Origin: Parvibaculaceae bacterium
GTDB taxonomy: Bacteria; Pseudomonadota; Alphaproteobacteria; JAPOUT01
NCBI GenBank assembly: GCA_963457525.1
Contig: OY734805.1
Location: forward strand, 2,219,150-2,283,149
Direction of reading: 5' to 3'
DNA: 64,000 nucleotides
The notes beneath the pieces are model-generated. The model was not told the origin of the DNA. It ran no database searches and saw only the letters and a program-made list of their open reading frames with translations. Positions 40,318 through 48,815 of the stretch are shown one piece after another (position 1 is the first letter of the stretch; each line of letters begins with the position of its first letter). Both the position numbers and the translations under genes were made by a program.

Positions 40318-40707
40318 ATGGCAAAAAAAGAAGATGTCGATTATTTCCTGAAGCAAAGCGGTATTGATAGCGAGCGCGAGAAAATCATCGGGCAGCACAT
40401 AGGCTACCGCTACGATGTCAATCTGCTGCCCGACTACTCCCGGCTTACGCCCTTCCTGAAAGAATACATCGCCCACATGGGCTGGGAGGACCTGAACTGG
40501 CTCGAAGACGTCCACATGGGTTATGAGGAAGGCCGTCCCGCGGTGTTTGACAGAAACATCAACGGCTGGGTGACGGTCCCTAGCGAGATGAAACTTCCCG
40601 ACAACCAGCAAGACCGCGACATGCTCGCGCGCGAACTGCTTGTGAAATTCCAGATGTCTCCAAGCCATCCGCTTGTGCAGCTGAACAAGGCCTACCGCAA
40701 GTTTTAG
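40318..40707 (+). CDS. Hypothetical 129-aa soluble protein, last gene of the plus-strand GS/GOGAT-like operon
   Basis: GGGAG lies 8 nt before the ATG, which is 12 nt after the preceding stop. The protein is acidic with no TM, and I recognise no motif. Confidence 0.55.
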   Translation: MAKKEDVDYFLKQSGIDSEREKIIGQHIGYRYDVNLLPDYSRLTPFLKEYIAHMGWEDLNWLEDVHMGYEEGRPAVFDRNINGWVTVPSEMKLPDNQQDRDMLARELLVKFQMSPSHPLVQLNKAYRKF

Positions 40708-41702
40708 ATCTCAAAGCGGGACAGATAGGATTCCGCCAATTCCGTTGAGACCCTCGCGAAGTGCGGCGCCATCTCCTTCGCCAGATCCGTTTCCTTGTGC
40801 GAGCCAATCCACGCCAACAGCGCCATGCGCCGCAGCATGATGAAACTCTCAATTTCATCCTTGTCCGCCTTCCGCAGCGTGCGAACGCTTTCATAACCCT
40901 CAAGCCAGCAGGAAAGCAGGTCGGGAATGTCGGGATGGTCCTCGATGAAACTGATGCCGGCGGCGAAGTCGTAAAGATGCCAGCCGAGACCGCAGTCGTC
41001 GAAATCAATCAGACGCGGGGCATTATCGTAAATCAGAAGATTCGCGAGACGCATGTCGGCATGGATGAGGCCGAACACATCGGCGCCTTTGCCGTAGGCC
41101 GCAAGACGGCGCCGCAATGTCTTCTCCTGGCGCTCGAGGATCTCCTTCTCGGGCGCTCCCACGCCGGGAGCTTCGCGCCAGTCGCCCCAAATGACGTGCG
41201 GATGAAAGATATGCTCCTCGTCCCAAACGAGTCGCTCGAACCCCTCTCCGCGCTTCCAGGACATGGAATGAAGGTGCGTGCGTGCGCAAATCTCTCCCAA
41301 TTGCTTGAACGGTTCGCGCAAATCCTGGCTTTCATCCGGCTCGACGCCTTCGACGAATTCGAACAGCACCATGTGCCTGGGCTGCGGGAGCCCGCCCGCC
41401 GAACCGCTTTGAATCTCCTCGCCGTCGCGTCCGGCAATCGGCAGAGGCGTGAATACCCCGCCCTCCTTCCGCAACGCCCGCATCCATGCGAGTTCGCACC
41501 CGATGGCCTTGCGGGAGTGATACCCCTCCCGGTGCACGCGCAGCACGGCTTTTTCTCCCGAGGGCTGCTCGACAAGATAGGTGGCGTTTTCCGAAACATT
41601 GATCAGGCGCGCCTTTGCGCCGTCTTCCAAAGGCCACAGATGCAGAGAATCATTCGCCAGCCGGCATAACCGTTCAAGTGTCTGCTCATAGGTGGTATTC
41701 AT
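40704..41702 (-). CDS. Phosphotransferase-family (APH / homoserine kinase type II-like) protein
   Basis: The ATG at 41702 gives 332 aa. The Brenner-type motif LIHADMRLANLL and the downstream IDFDDCG are typical of the APH/ChoK kinase fold. Confidence 0.75.
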   Translation of the reverse strand: MNTTYEQTLERLCRLANDSLHLWPLEDGAKARLINVSENATYLVEQPSGEKAVLRVHREGYHSRKAIGCELAWMRALRKEGGVFTPLPIAGRDGEEIQSGSAGGLPQPRHMVLFEFVEGVEPDESQDLREPFKQLGEICARTHLHSMSWKRGEGFERLVWDEEHIFHPHVIWGDWREAPGVGAPEKEILERQEKTLRRRLAAYGKGADVFGLIHADMRLANLLIYDNAPRLIDFDDCGLGWHLYDFAAGISFIEDHPDIPDLLSCWLEGYESVRTLRKADKDEIESFIMLRRMALLAWIGSHKETDLAKEMAPHFARVSTELAESYLSRFEI

Positions 41703-41779
41703 GAACTTGCAAATCCTCTTGGTTTTGGGCGCAAAACGCCCTATCCTGTTCCCGACTTCGCAAAAAAGCAAGCCTCCCC

Positions 41780-42520
41780 ATGTCGAACAAACCCAACCTT
41801 AGTGTCAATCTTAACAAAGTCGCGCTGCTTCGAAATTCCCGCGGCGGCGATGCGCCCGATATGCTGGCGGCAGCCGCGCTTGTGGTCGCGGAGGGTGTGG
41901 ACGGCCTTACGGTTCACCCCCGCGAGGATGAACGCCACATCACGCCCGACGACGTGGTCGTGCTGTCGCGACTGGAGGCAATTCGCACCGGCGCGCTGGA
42001 ATACAACATTGAGGGGGACATGCGCCCGGAGTTGGTGGATTTGATCGAAACAATCCTGCCGACGCAATACACGATTGTACCGGTTCTCCCGGGCGAGATA
42101 ACCTCGGACAGGGGCTGGCGCGCGCACGACGACCACGAGCGGCTGCATTCGCTTGCAAAGAAGCTGCGGCCGCGCATCCGGATTGCGGTGTTTTGCGACC
42201 CCGACAAGGATTCGGTGGATTTGGCCGCCCGGGCGGGCATTGACGCCGTGGAGATTTATACGGGGATTTACGCGCACCAGGAGATTGGAAGCGCCGATGC
42301 AGAACGCGCCATTGAGGACATCGCCGCAGCCGCCGAGCACGCCCGAAGCCTGGGGCTTCGCGTTCACGGCGGGCACGATCTCACGCTGGAGAATTTACCG
42401 CCGTTATTGCAGGCGGTTGAATTTAACGAGCTCTCCATCGGCCACCACATCGCCTCGACCGCCCTGTTGCGGGGGCTTGGCTCAACCGTGCGCGACTACC
42501 TTGCCTGCGTGAAGCGCTAG
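41780..42520 (+). CDS. pdxJ: Pyridoxine 5'-phosphate synthase
   Basis: Contains LSVNLNKVALLRNSRGG...GLTVHPREDERHI...NIEGD...ELSIGHHI; 246 aa. Confidence 0.9.
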   Translation: MSNKPNLSVNLNKVALLRNSRGGDAPDMLAAAALVVAEGVDGLTVHPREDERHITPDDVVVLSRLEAIRTGALEYNIEGDMRPELVDLIETILPTQYTIVPVLPGEITSDRGWRAHDDHERLHSLAKKLRPRIRIAVFCDPDKDSVDLAARAGIDAVEIYTGIYAHQEIGSADAERAIEDIAAAAEHARSLGLRVHGGHDLTLENLPPLLQAVEFNELSIGHHIASTALLRGLGSTVRDYLACVKR

Positions 42521-42587
42521 GCGCGCGCCTCGGGACGGGAAACAAGCCACTCGCGCAGCCGGAAAGTCGGTGCTGATTCGCATGTTC

Positions 42588-42636
42588 GTGCCCTTTCCTT
42601 GTTCTTTGCCGGTGCGGGCAAAGAGCAGGCGGGCAC
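42588..42636. terminator. Imperfect long hairpin between convergent pdxJ and the GST gene
   Basis: GTGCCC..TTGTTCTTTGCC-ggtgcg-GGCAAAGAGCAGG.GGGCAC, with several G:U pairs and an internal loop. There is no U-tract. Confidence 0.3.
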
Positions 42637-42664
42637 GGTTAAGGGGCGGTTTAAGGGGTTGTGA

Positions 42665-43339
42665 TTAGTCCCAGTCGCTTCCGAGGGCGTATCCGCGTTT
42701 TACGGCGGGACGCGCCCCAATGCGCTCAAACCACCGCTTCAGGGCGGGAAATTTGGACAATTGCTGCCCTTGAAACCGCCATGAGGCAACCCACCCCCAG
42801 CATGCCATGTCCGCGATGGAGTATCGTCCGGCGAGATAATCGCGCCCGCGCAACCGCTTGTTCATGACGCCGTAGAGCCGGGTGACCTCTTCGGTATACC
42901 GTTTAATTGCGTAGGGAACCTTGCGCGGTGCGAATCGACGAAAGTGGTGGGCTTGTCCCGCCATGGGACCGAGTCCCCCCATCTGCCAGAAGAGCCACTC
43001 TTCGACTTCGATTCGCTGACGTTCGGATTGGGGATAAAACTGTCCGGTCTTTCGACCGAGATATTGGAGAATCGCTCCCGATTCGAACACGCTGACCGGT
43101 TTGCCGCCGGGGCCGTGCGGGTCAACGATCGCGGGGATTCGGTTGTTGGGGGAGACTTTTAGGAACTTGGGAGCAAATTGCGCTCCCGCGCGAATATCAA
43201 TTGGTACGACTTCATAAGGCAGCCTGCACTCTTCGAGCATGATGGAAATCTTGCGCCCATTGGGTGTCGGCCAGAAGTAGAGCCTGATAGGTTTACGCGC
43301 GGGAGCGGCAACTGCGGACCTCGGCATGGAGGGAGCCAT
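42665..43339 (-). CDS. Glutathione S-transferase (Nu-class / YfcG-like)
   Basis: Contains IRLYFWPTPNGRKISIMLEE...NNRIPAIVD...VFESGAILQYL...WLFWQMGGLGPM... Confidence 0.85.
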   Translation of the reverse strand: MAPSMPRSAVAAPARKPIRLYFWPTPNGRKISIMLEECRLPYEVVPIDIRAGAQFAPKFLKVSPNNRIPAIVDPHGPGGKPVSVFESGAILQYLGRKTGQFYPQSERQRIEVEEWLFWQMGGLGPMAGQAHHFRRFAPRKVPYAIKRYTEEVTRLYGVMNKRLRGRDYLAGRYSIADMACWGWVASWRFQGQQLSKFPALKRWFERIGARPAVKRGYALGSDWD

Positions 43340-43405
43340 GTAAACATCCGGGCTCAGGCCCGAGTGTCAACGCTCCGAGGTCCTATTGAGAGCATCCGAC
43401 GAAGC

Positions 43406-43789
43406 TTACTTCCGCTTGGCGCGGCGCTTCGTGGTTTTTCTCTTTGCTGCGGGGCGTTTCCGCTTGGCGGTCGTCTTCCGCTTCGCGGTCTTCTTCCGCT
43501 TGGCGGCAGGACGCTTCCGTTTGGCAGTCGTCTTCCGCTTCGCGGTTTTCTTCCGCTTGGTAGCAGTCTTCTTCCGCTTGGCGGTCGTTTTCCGCTTCGT
43601 AGCGGTTTTCTTCCGCTTCGTAGCAGTCTTCTTCCGCTTGGCGGCAGGACGCTTCCGCTTGGCGGTCGTCTTACGCTTTGCAGTTGTCTTGCGTTTGGTT
43701 GTCGTCTTGCGCTTGGCAGGACGACGCTTCGCCGCCGACTTCTTTCGAGCAGGCGACTTTCTCTTCGTTGTTTTTTTCTTGGTTGCCAT
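43406..43789 (-). CDS. Histone H1-like, lysine/arginine-rich tandem-repeat protein
   Basis: The ATG at 43789 gives MATKKKTTKRKSPARKK followed by about 12 repeats of KRK(T/K)TA(K/T) / KRKRPAA (127 aa). The upstream region is AT-rich. Confidence 0.7.
   Translation of the reverse strand: MATKKKTTKRKSPARKKSAAKRRPAKRKTTTKRKTTAKRKTTAKRKRPAAKRKKTATKRKKTATKRKTTAKRKKTATKRKKTAKRKTTAKRKRPAAKRKKTAKRKTTAKRKRPAAKRKTTKRRAKRK
43409..43735 (-). repeat. In-frame tandem repeat of roughly 21-27 nt encoding the KRKxTA units
   Basis: On the plus strand the sequence shows reiterated CTTCCGCTTGGCGG / TCGTCTTCCGCTTCGCGG units. Confidence 0.8.
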
Positions 43790-44012
43790 TTTTCTTGAAC
43801 CTCTTGTTATATGTGTTTTTTGTTTTCTCCTTGCATTTGCGAGTCGAGAAATGATTCGATGCAAATGCGCGTTGATAATACAACATCTTTAAAAAAATCA
43901 AACAAAGAATTTACTTAAAAGAGATTCGCGGAAAAATTTTTTCCAAGTGATTCGTTTAATTTCGAAGAACGAAAAGGCAAAAACAGAGTCGAAAAAAGAA
44001 TCGCGGCGGTGT

Positions 44013-45467
44013 TTACGGCTTCAATTTCTTTTGGAAAAGCTCGCTTACAATCGTCGGATTAGCTTGATTCTTACTGGCTTTTAAGGCTTGTCCGACAAAC
44101 CAGCCGATCAGTTGGGGTTTGTCGCGCGCCTGCTCGACCTTGTCGGGGTTGGCGGCAATGACATCATCAACATACTTCTCAAGAATGTTGATGTCGGAGA
44201 TTTGTTTCCAATTTTTTTCTTCGATAATTTTGCTTGGAGGCGTGCCTGATTCGAACATAATCGCAAAAACTTCCTTTGCGATTCGCCCGGAGATGTCTCC
44301 TTCGTGGATAAGGTCGACAAGTTCGCCGAGAGATTCGGGAGTGATTTTTGATTCGTTGATTGATTGCTTCGATTTGTTGAGCGCGGCGAAAAAATCGCCC
44401 GTAACCCAGTTAGAGACTAGCTTTGCGTCCCGTCCCTGCGCAACCTGTTCAAAGAAATCAGCGTTGTCGCGGTTGGCCGTCAGGACGTCCGCATCATACG
44501 GATCGAGTTTGTATTGCCGAATCAGTCGCGTTCTTTTGTCCTGCGGAAGCTCCGGGAGATTCGTTTCAATCGAATCGACCCACTCTTGCGTCAAACAAAG
44601 CGGAGGCAGGTCGGGGTCCGGAAAGTATCGATAATCGTGGGCTTCTTCCTTTGAACGCATCGAGCGTGTTTCCCCGGTGTGAATGTCGAAGAGTCTGGTT
44701 TCCTGCGTGACAGATTCGCCGGCTTCAAGTAATTCGACCTGCCGGGCGGCTTCGAATTCGATGGCTTGCCCGATGAACCGGAAGGAGTTGAGATTTTTGA
44801 TTTCACAGCGCGTACCGAGTTCTTCGCCGGGGCGGCGCATGGAGAGATTCACGTCCGCACGCAAGGAGCCCTCATCCATATTTCCGTCGCAAACCGCCAG
44901 GTAACGGAGCAAAAGGCGCAATTCCCGGACATACGCCTGCGCCTGCGCGGCGGAGCGCATATCGGGGTGCGAGACGATCTCCATAAGGGCGATGCCGCTG
45001 CGGTTGAGGTCGACCAGGCTGACGTCCCCGGTTTCATGCATGCTTTTTCCGGCATCCTGCTCGAGGTGGAGCCGCTCGATTCGCACGGTCATCTCTTCAC
45101 CGCCTTCGGGGCGAATCACTAACTCGCCGCCCGAAACGAGCGGATGGAGATATTGCGAGATTTGGTAGCCCTGCGGCAAATCCGGATAGAAATAATTTTT
45201 GCGCTCAAAAACGGAAGTCAGGTTGATTCGCCCGTGCAGGCCGAGACCCGCGCGAACACCCTGCTCAACGCAGAATCGGTTGAGAACGGGAAGCATCCCG
45301 GGCATCGCGGCGTCCACAAGGGAAACCTGGGAATTCGCCGATGCGCCGAAAACCGTAGGCGCCTTGGAAAAAAGCTTCGCCTCGGAGCGAATCTGTGCGT
45401 GGACCTCAAGCCCGATGACCATTTCCCAGTCGTCTCCGGACGCCCCCTTAACATAATTGTTGCTCAT
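44013..45467 (-). CDS. gatB: Asp/Glu-tRNA(Asn/Gln) amidotransferase subunit B
   Basis: Contains [13 protein letters not shown]...[15 protein letters not shown]...; the ATG at 45467 overlaps the gatA stop (ATGA). Confidence 0.95.
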   Translation of the reverse strand: MSNNYVKGASGDDWEMVIGLEVHAQIRSEAKLFSKAPTVFGASANSQVSLVDAAMPGMLPVLNRFCVEQGVRAGLGLHGRINLTSVFERKNYFYPDLPQGYQISQYLHPLVSGGELVIRPEGGEEMTVRIERLHLEQDAGKSMHETGDVSLVDLNRSGIALMEIVSHPDMRSAAQAQAYVRELRLLLRYLAVCDGNMDEGSLRADVNLSMRRPGEELGTRCEIKNLNSFRFIGQAIEFEAARQVELLEAGESVTQETRLFDIHTGETRSMRSKEEAHDYRYFPDPDLPPLCLTQEWVDSIETNLPELPQDKRTRLIRQYKLDPYDADVLTANRDNADFFEQVAQGRDAKLVSNWVTGDFFAALNKSKQSINESKITPESLGELVDLIHEGDISGRIAKEVFAIMFESGTPPSKIIEEKNWKQISDINILEKYVDDVIAANPDKVEQARDKPQLIGWFVGQALKASKNQANPTIVSELFQKKLKP

Positions 45468-46939
45468 GAGACCCACCAAGGTTGCGGGGCCGCGTTGAAA
45501 TCCGCCGAATCCTCCACCGCCCTTGCCGCCCGCAACAGGGTCGCTTCATCAAAACGGCGGCCGATGAGCTGCACGCCCAGCGGCAGCCCCTCCCCGTTCA
45601 GCCTTGCGGGAACGGATATTGCCGGCAGGCCCGCGAGGTTGACCGGCACGGTGAAGATGTCGCCGAGATAAAGGGCGAGCACATCATCGCTCTTTTCCCC
45701 GAGGGCAAAAGCCGCGGAAGGCGTCGTGGGGGTAAGCAGCACATCCACCTTTTCGAAGACGCTGTCGAAGTCCCTCGCCACCAGCGCCCGAACCCTTTGC
45801 GCCTTCAAATAATATGCATCGTAATAACCCGTTGAGAGCACATAGCTCCCCATGAGGATCCGCCGCTTGACCTCGACGCCGAACCCCTCGGCCCGGGTGC
45901 GTCCGTAGAGTTCCTCCACACCGTTCGCGCTGGCGCGTTTGCCGTATCGGACGCCGTCGTAGCGCGCGAGGTTCGAGGACGCCTCCGCGGGCGCAATAAT
46001 GTAGTAGGCGGGAAGTGCATGCCGTGTGTGCGGCAGCGAAACCTCGACGATTTCGGCGCCTTGTTCCACAAGCCAGTCGGCGGCCTGCTTCCAGAGGCTG
46101 CTGATTTCATCAGGCATGCCGTCAACGGAATACTCCTTCGGGATTCCGACGCGCATTTTGGAGATGCCACCCTTCAGTCCGCTTTCGTAATCGGGAACCT
46201 CAATGTCGGCGCTTGTAGAGTCGCGCGGATCATGTCCGGCGATTGCGCCGAGCAGGATGGCCGAATCGGTAACGGAACGCGCGAGAACGCCGGCTTGGTC
46301 GAGGGAGGAGGCGTATGAGATGATTCCGTATCGCGAGCACCTGCCATAGCTGGGCTTCAAGCCGATGGTGCCCGTAAGCGCGGCCGGCTGCCGAACGGAT
46401 CCGCCCGTGTCCGTTCCGAGCGCAACGGGCATGAGTCGCGCGGCCACGGCCGCAGCCGAGCCGCCCGATGAACCTCCCGCCGTAAGCCGTGCATCGCCGC
46501 TGCCGCGCCACGGATTGCAAACGGCGCCGGAACTTCCGGTTTCGGTTGAGGAGCCCATGGCGAATTCGTCACAGTTGAGTTTGCCGAGCAGGCATGCGCC
46601 GGCGCGCCACAGCCGTTCGGTCACATCCGATTCGTATGGCGGCGTAAAGCCTTCGAGGATGTTGCTGCATGCGGTTGAGGCAATCCCCTCGGTGCAGAAC
46701 ATGTCCTTCACGCCCAGCGGAATCCCTTCAAGCGCCCCGCCCTCTCCGCTCGCAAGACGCTTGTCGCTTTGCTCCGCCATTTCAATGGCGCGTTCGGGCG
46801 TCGGGGTTGTAACGGCGTTAAGCGCGCCGGCGCCGTCGATGACATCGATATGCGCACGGGCGGCCTCAACGGCGCTCACCTCTTTCTTGCGCAAGGCTTC
46901 ACGCAGCCGGTGAAGGCTCCACTGTGTGATTTCGCTCAC
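45464..46939 (-). CDS. gatA: Glutamyl-tRNA(Gln) amidotransferase subunit A
   Basis: 491 aa with the amidase signature [13 protein letters not shown] and [13 protein letters not shown]. Confidence 0.95.
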   Translation of the reverse strand: MSEITQWSLHRLREALRKKEVSAVEAARAHIDVIDGAGALNAVTTPTPERAIEMAEQSDKRLASGEGGALEGIPLGVKDMFCTEGIASTACSNILEGFTPPYESDVTERLWRAGACLLGKLNCDEFAMGSSTETGSSGAVCNPWRGSGDARLTAGGSSGGSAAAVAARLMPVALGTDTGGSVRQPAALTGTIGLKPSYGRCSRYGIISYASSLDQAGVLARSVTDSAILLGAIAGHDPRDSTSADIEVPDYESGLKGGISKMRVGIPKEYSVDGMPDEISSLWKQAADWLVEQGAEIVEVSLPHTRHALPAYYIIAPAEASSNLARYDGVRYGKRASANGVEELYGRTRAEGFGVEVKRRILMGSYVLSTGYYDAYYLKAQRVRALVARDFDSVFEKVDVLLTPTTPSAAFALGEKSDDVLALYLGDIFTVPVNLAGLPAISVPARLNGEGLPLGVQLIGRRFDEATLLRAARAVEDSADFNAAPQPWWVS

Positions 46940-46942
46940 GGG

Positions 46943-47233
46943 CTACTCCAGGATCTTCGGCACGGTGAAAAAGTCGTCCACGCGCTCGGGAGCGTTGGAG
47001 AGCAATACATCCGGCGAAGGCGTTTCTGCGGTGCTGTCGTCTCGCGCATGTTCAAGCAGGCTTCCCCCCATGCCCGTAAAGGCATCCACGCCGTCGGTAT
47101 CGACCGACTCCAACTGCCCCATCCAGTCAAGGATTTTCGACAGGTCCTCGCGGAATTGCTCAAGTTCGCCTTCCTCAAGGTGCAGTCGCGAGAGTGCGGC
47201 GATTTCGCGGATGGTTTTGGTTTCGACGCTCAT
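46943..47233 (-). CDS. gatC: Glutamyl-tRNA(Gln) amidotransferase subunit C
   Basis: 96 aa with IREIAALSRLHLEEGELEQFREDLSKILDWMGQL; located upstream of gatA. Confidence 0.9.
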   Translation of the reverse strand: MSVETKTIREIAALSRLHLEEGELEQFREDLSKILDWMGQLESVDTDGVDAFTGMGGSLLEHARDDSTAETPSPDVLLSNAPERVDDFFTVPKILE

Positions 47234-47256
47234 TGGTTTAGCGCGCTGCCTGGGTT

Positions 47257-47766
47257 ATGCTGTTCATGATGTTGCAGGATAGCAGGAATGAGCCGAATAT
47301 TCGAGACTTGCTCGCCCTGATTGGGAAGCTTGGGCGGGGGCAGAGACTCCTCGGGGTTGACCCCGGAGAAAAGCAAATCGGCTTGGCGTTATCGGACGTT
47401 TCACTGACGATAGCATCGCCGCTGACGGTTTTGCGCCGCGGGAAACTTGCCGCGACGCTTGAAAGTTTCAAGGCGGTCGTTGCCGAGCATGACATTGGCG
47501 CCCTGATAATCGGACTGCCGTTGCAGATGAGCGGAACCGTCGGCTCGAGGGCGATGTCGTCGCGCGACCTTGCCCATCGTCTGGGCCGCGGGTTGGGCTT
47601 GCCGTTCTTGTTGTGGGATGAGAGATATTCAACGAAGGCGGTCGGGCATGTTTTGCGCGAATCCGCAGCCACCCGCAAACGCCGCGAAGCCCTGGTCGAC
47701 AAGCTTGCGGCGGCACATATTCTTCAAGGAGCATTGGATTGCATAAAGAATGCCTCCCGGAGCTAA
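47257..47766 (+). CDS. ruvX: Holliday junction resolvase-like protein RuvX (YqgF)
   Basis: Contains LLGVDPGEKQIGLALSD...LIIGLPLQMSGT...WDERYSTKAV. The true start may lie further downstream. Confidence 0.85.
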   Translation: MLFMMLQDSRNEPNIRDLLALIGKLGRGQRLLGVDPGEKQIGLALSDVSLTIASPLTVLRRGKLAATLESFKAVVAEHDIGALIIGLPLQMSGTVGSRAMSSRDLAHRLGRGLGLPFLLWDERYSTKAVGHVLRESAATRKRREALVDKLAAAHILQGALDCIKNASRS

Positions 47767-47992
47767 AGGGCACGGCATTCCAAAAAGTTTGATTCGGGTT
47801 GCGGGTTGAAGGATGTGGTGATTCGCCGCTTTTCAAAATGGAGAATACCGAACGTGTGAATTTAATGCGGGGGCCGACGTGTCAGCCAATCAAACAGCAC
47901 AAGATTCGCAAAGAATCGGTGAACGATGTTTTTCTTGCGTTTTGTTCGTGCAAGAGATAATCTGATGTGAGGGACAAAAAGAGGATGCGACA

Positions 47993-48289
47993 ATGAAAAA
48001 AATGGAAATAAAAGAAGTCCAAAATCTCGTAAAAAGGCTATCCAAGGGCATGTTGCCGGAGGGTGAGCTTGTTAAGGTGTATGTCAAAGAGAATGAAGAC
48101 TGGGAAGGAGAGGAGTTTCTCGATGTTATCATCGTGTTCGAGGGAAAGAAAAAATTAGATCACAAAAAGACACTCAGATTGGGACCGCTGACGCGCAAGG
48201 AAATGATAGAATCCGGAGATTCTCGCTTTCCGATGATCGATTTTGTAGTCAAGGACGAGGCGGGGGAGTTGGGGATTGCAATACCATAA
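47993..48289 (+). CDS. Small hypothetical protein, upstream partner of the HEPN gene (antitoxin candidate; not a canonical MNT)
   Basis: 98 aa. AAGAGGA lies 8 nt before the ATG. The 3' end overlaps the downstream gene by 14 nt. It lacks the GSxxRG...SDxD nucleotidyltransferase motif. Low GC. Confidence 0.45.
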   Translation: MKKMEIKEVQNLVKRLSKGMLPEGELVKVYVKENEDWEGEEFLDVIIVFEGKKKLDHKKTLRLGPLTRKEMIESGDSRFPMIDFVVKDEAGELGIAIP

Positions 48290-48767
48290 AGAACTGCTTT
48301 CACTGGCGAGATACATTTTAGAGCAAAATAATACAAGGCCTTCGCAAGCCGCTTTGCGTCGGGCGGTCAGCACGGTTTATTACGCCTTGTTTCATGCTTT
48401 GGCGAAGAGTGGAGCGGATTTACTGGTTGGCAAAACAAAGCGCCATCGCAGTAAACACGCTTGGCAGCAAGTTTATCGGGGATTGGAACATAACTCGGTG
48501 AGAAGTGCCCGCAGGAACAAAGACATCTTGAAAAAATTCCATCCGTCAATACAGGACTTTGGCGATCTTTTTGTCAATATGTGTCGGGCTCGTAACAATG
48601 CAGACTATGATCCTTATGCAACTTTTACAAAATCCTCCGTGGAGGCATACATTGTCCGTGCCGAAGAGGCAATAAAGAGTTTTGACAAGATGCCCATTAA
48701 AGACCGCAGAGCTTTTTGCGCGTATGTTTTGTTTAAAGTGCGCAAATTGGAGCCACAAAATTTCTAA
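48276..48767 (+). CDS. HEPN-domain-like protein (toxin candidate)
   Basis: 163 aa. The N-terminal helix AALRRAVSTVYYALFHALAKSGADLL and the later CRARNNADYD are typical of classical HEPN (PF05168-like) proteins. There is also an R-x4-H string (RHRSKH). Confidence 0.55.
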   Translation: MQYHKELLSLARYILEQNNTRPSQAALRRAVSTVYYALFHALAKSGADLLVGKTKRHRSKHAWQQVYRGLEHNSVRSARRNKDILKKFHPSIQDFGDLFVNMCRARNNADYDPYATFTKSSVEAYIVRAEEAIKSFDKMPIKDRRAFCAYVLFKVRKLEPQNF

Positions 48768-48815
48768 AGCCGGAACGCGCTATGGTCAGGCTTCATAAAA
48801 TCGGGCTAAAAAACA

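Noticed and set aside
43178-43892. Plus-strand ORFs with LPLGG/FRLAVVF repeats, and the possibility of a CRISPR-like array
   Set aside because: The periodicity is the antisense image of the in-frame KRKTTA coding repeat. The units are contiguous, with no unique spacers, so this is not a CRISPR array.
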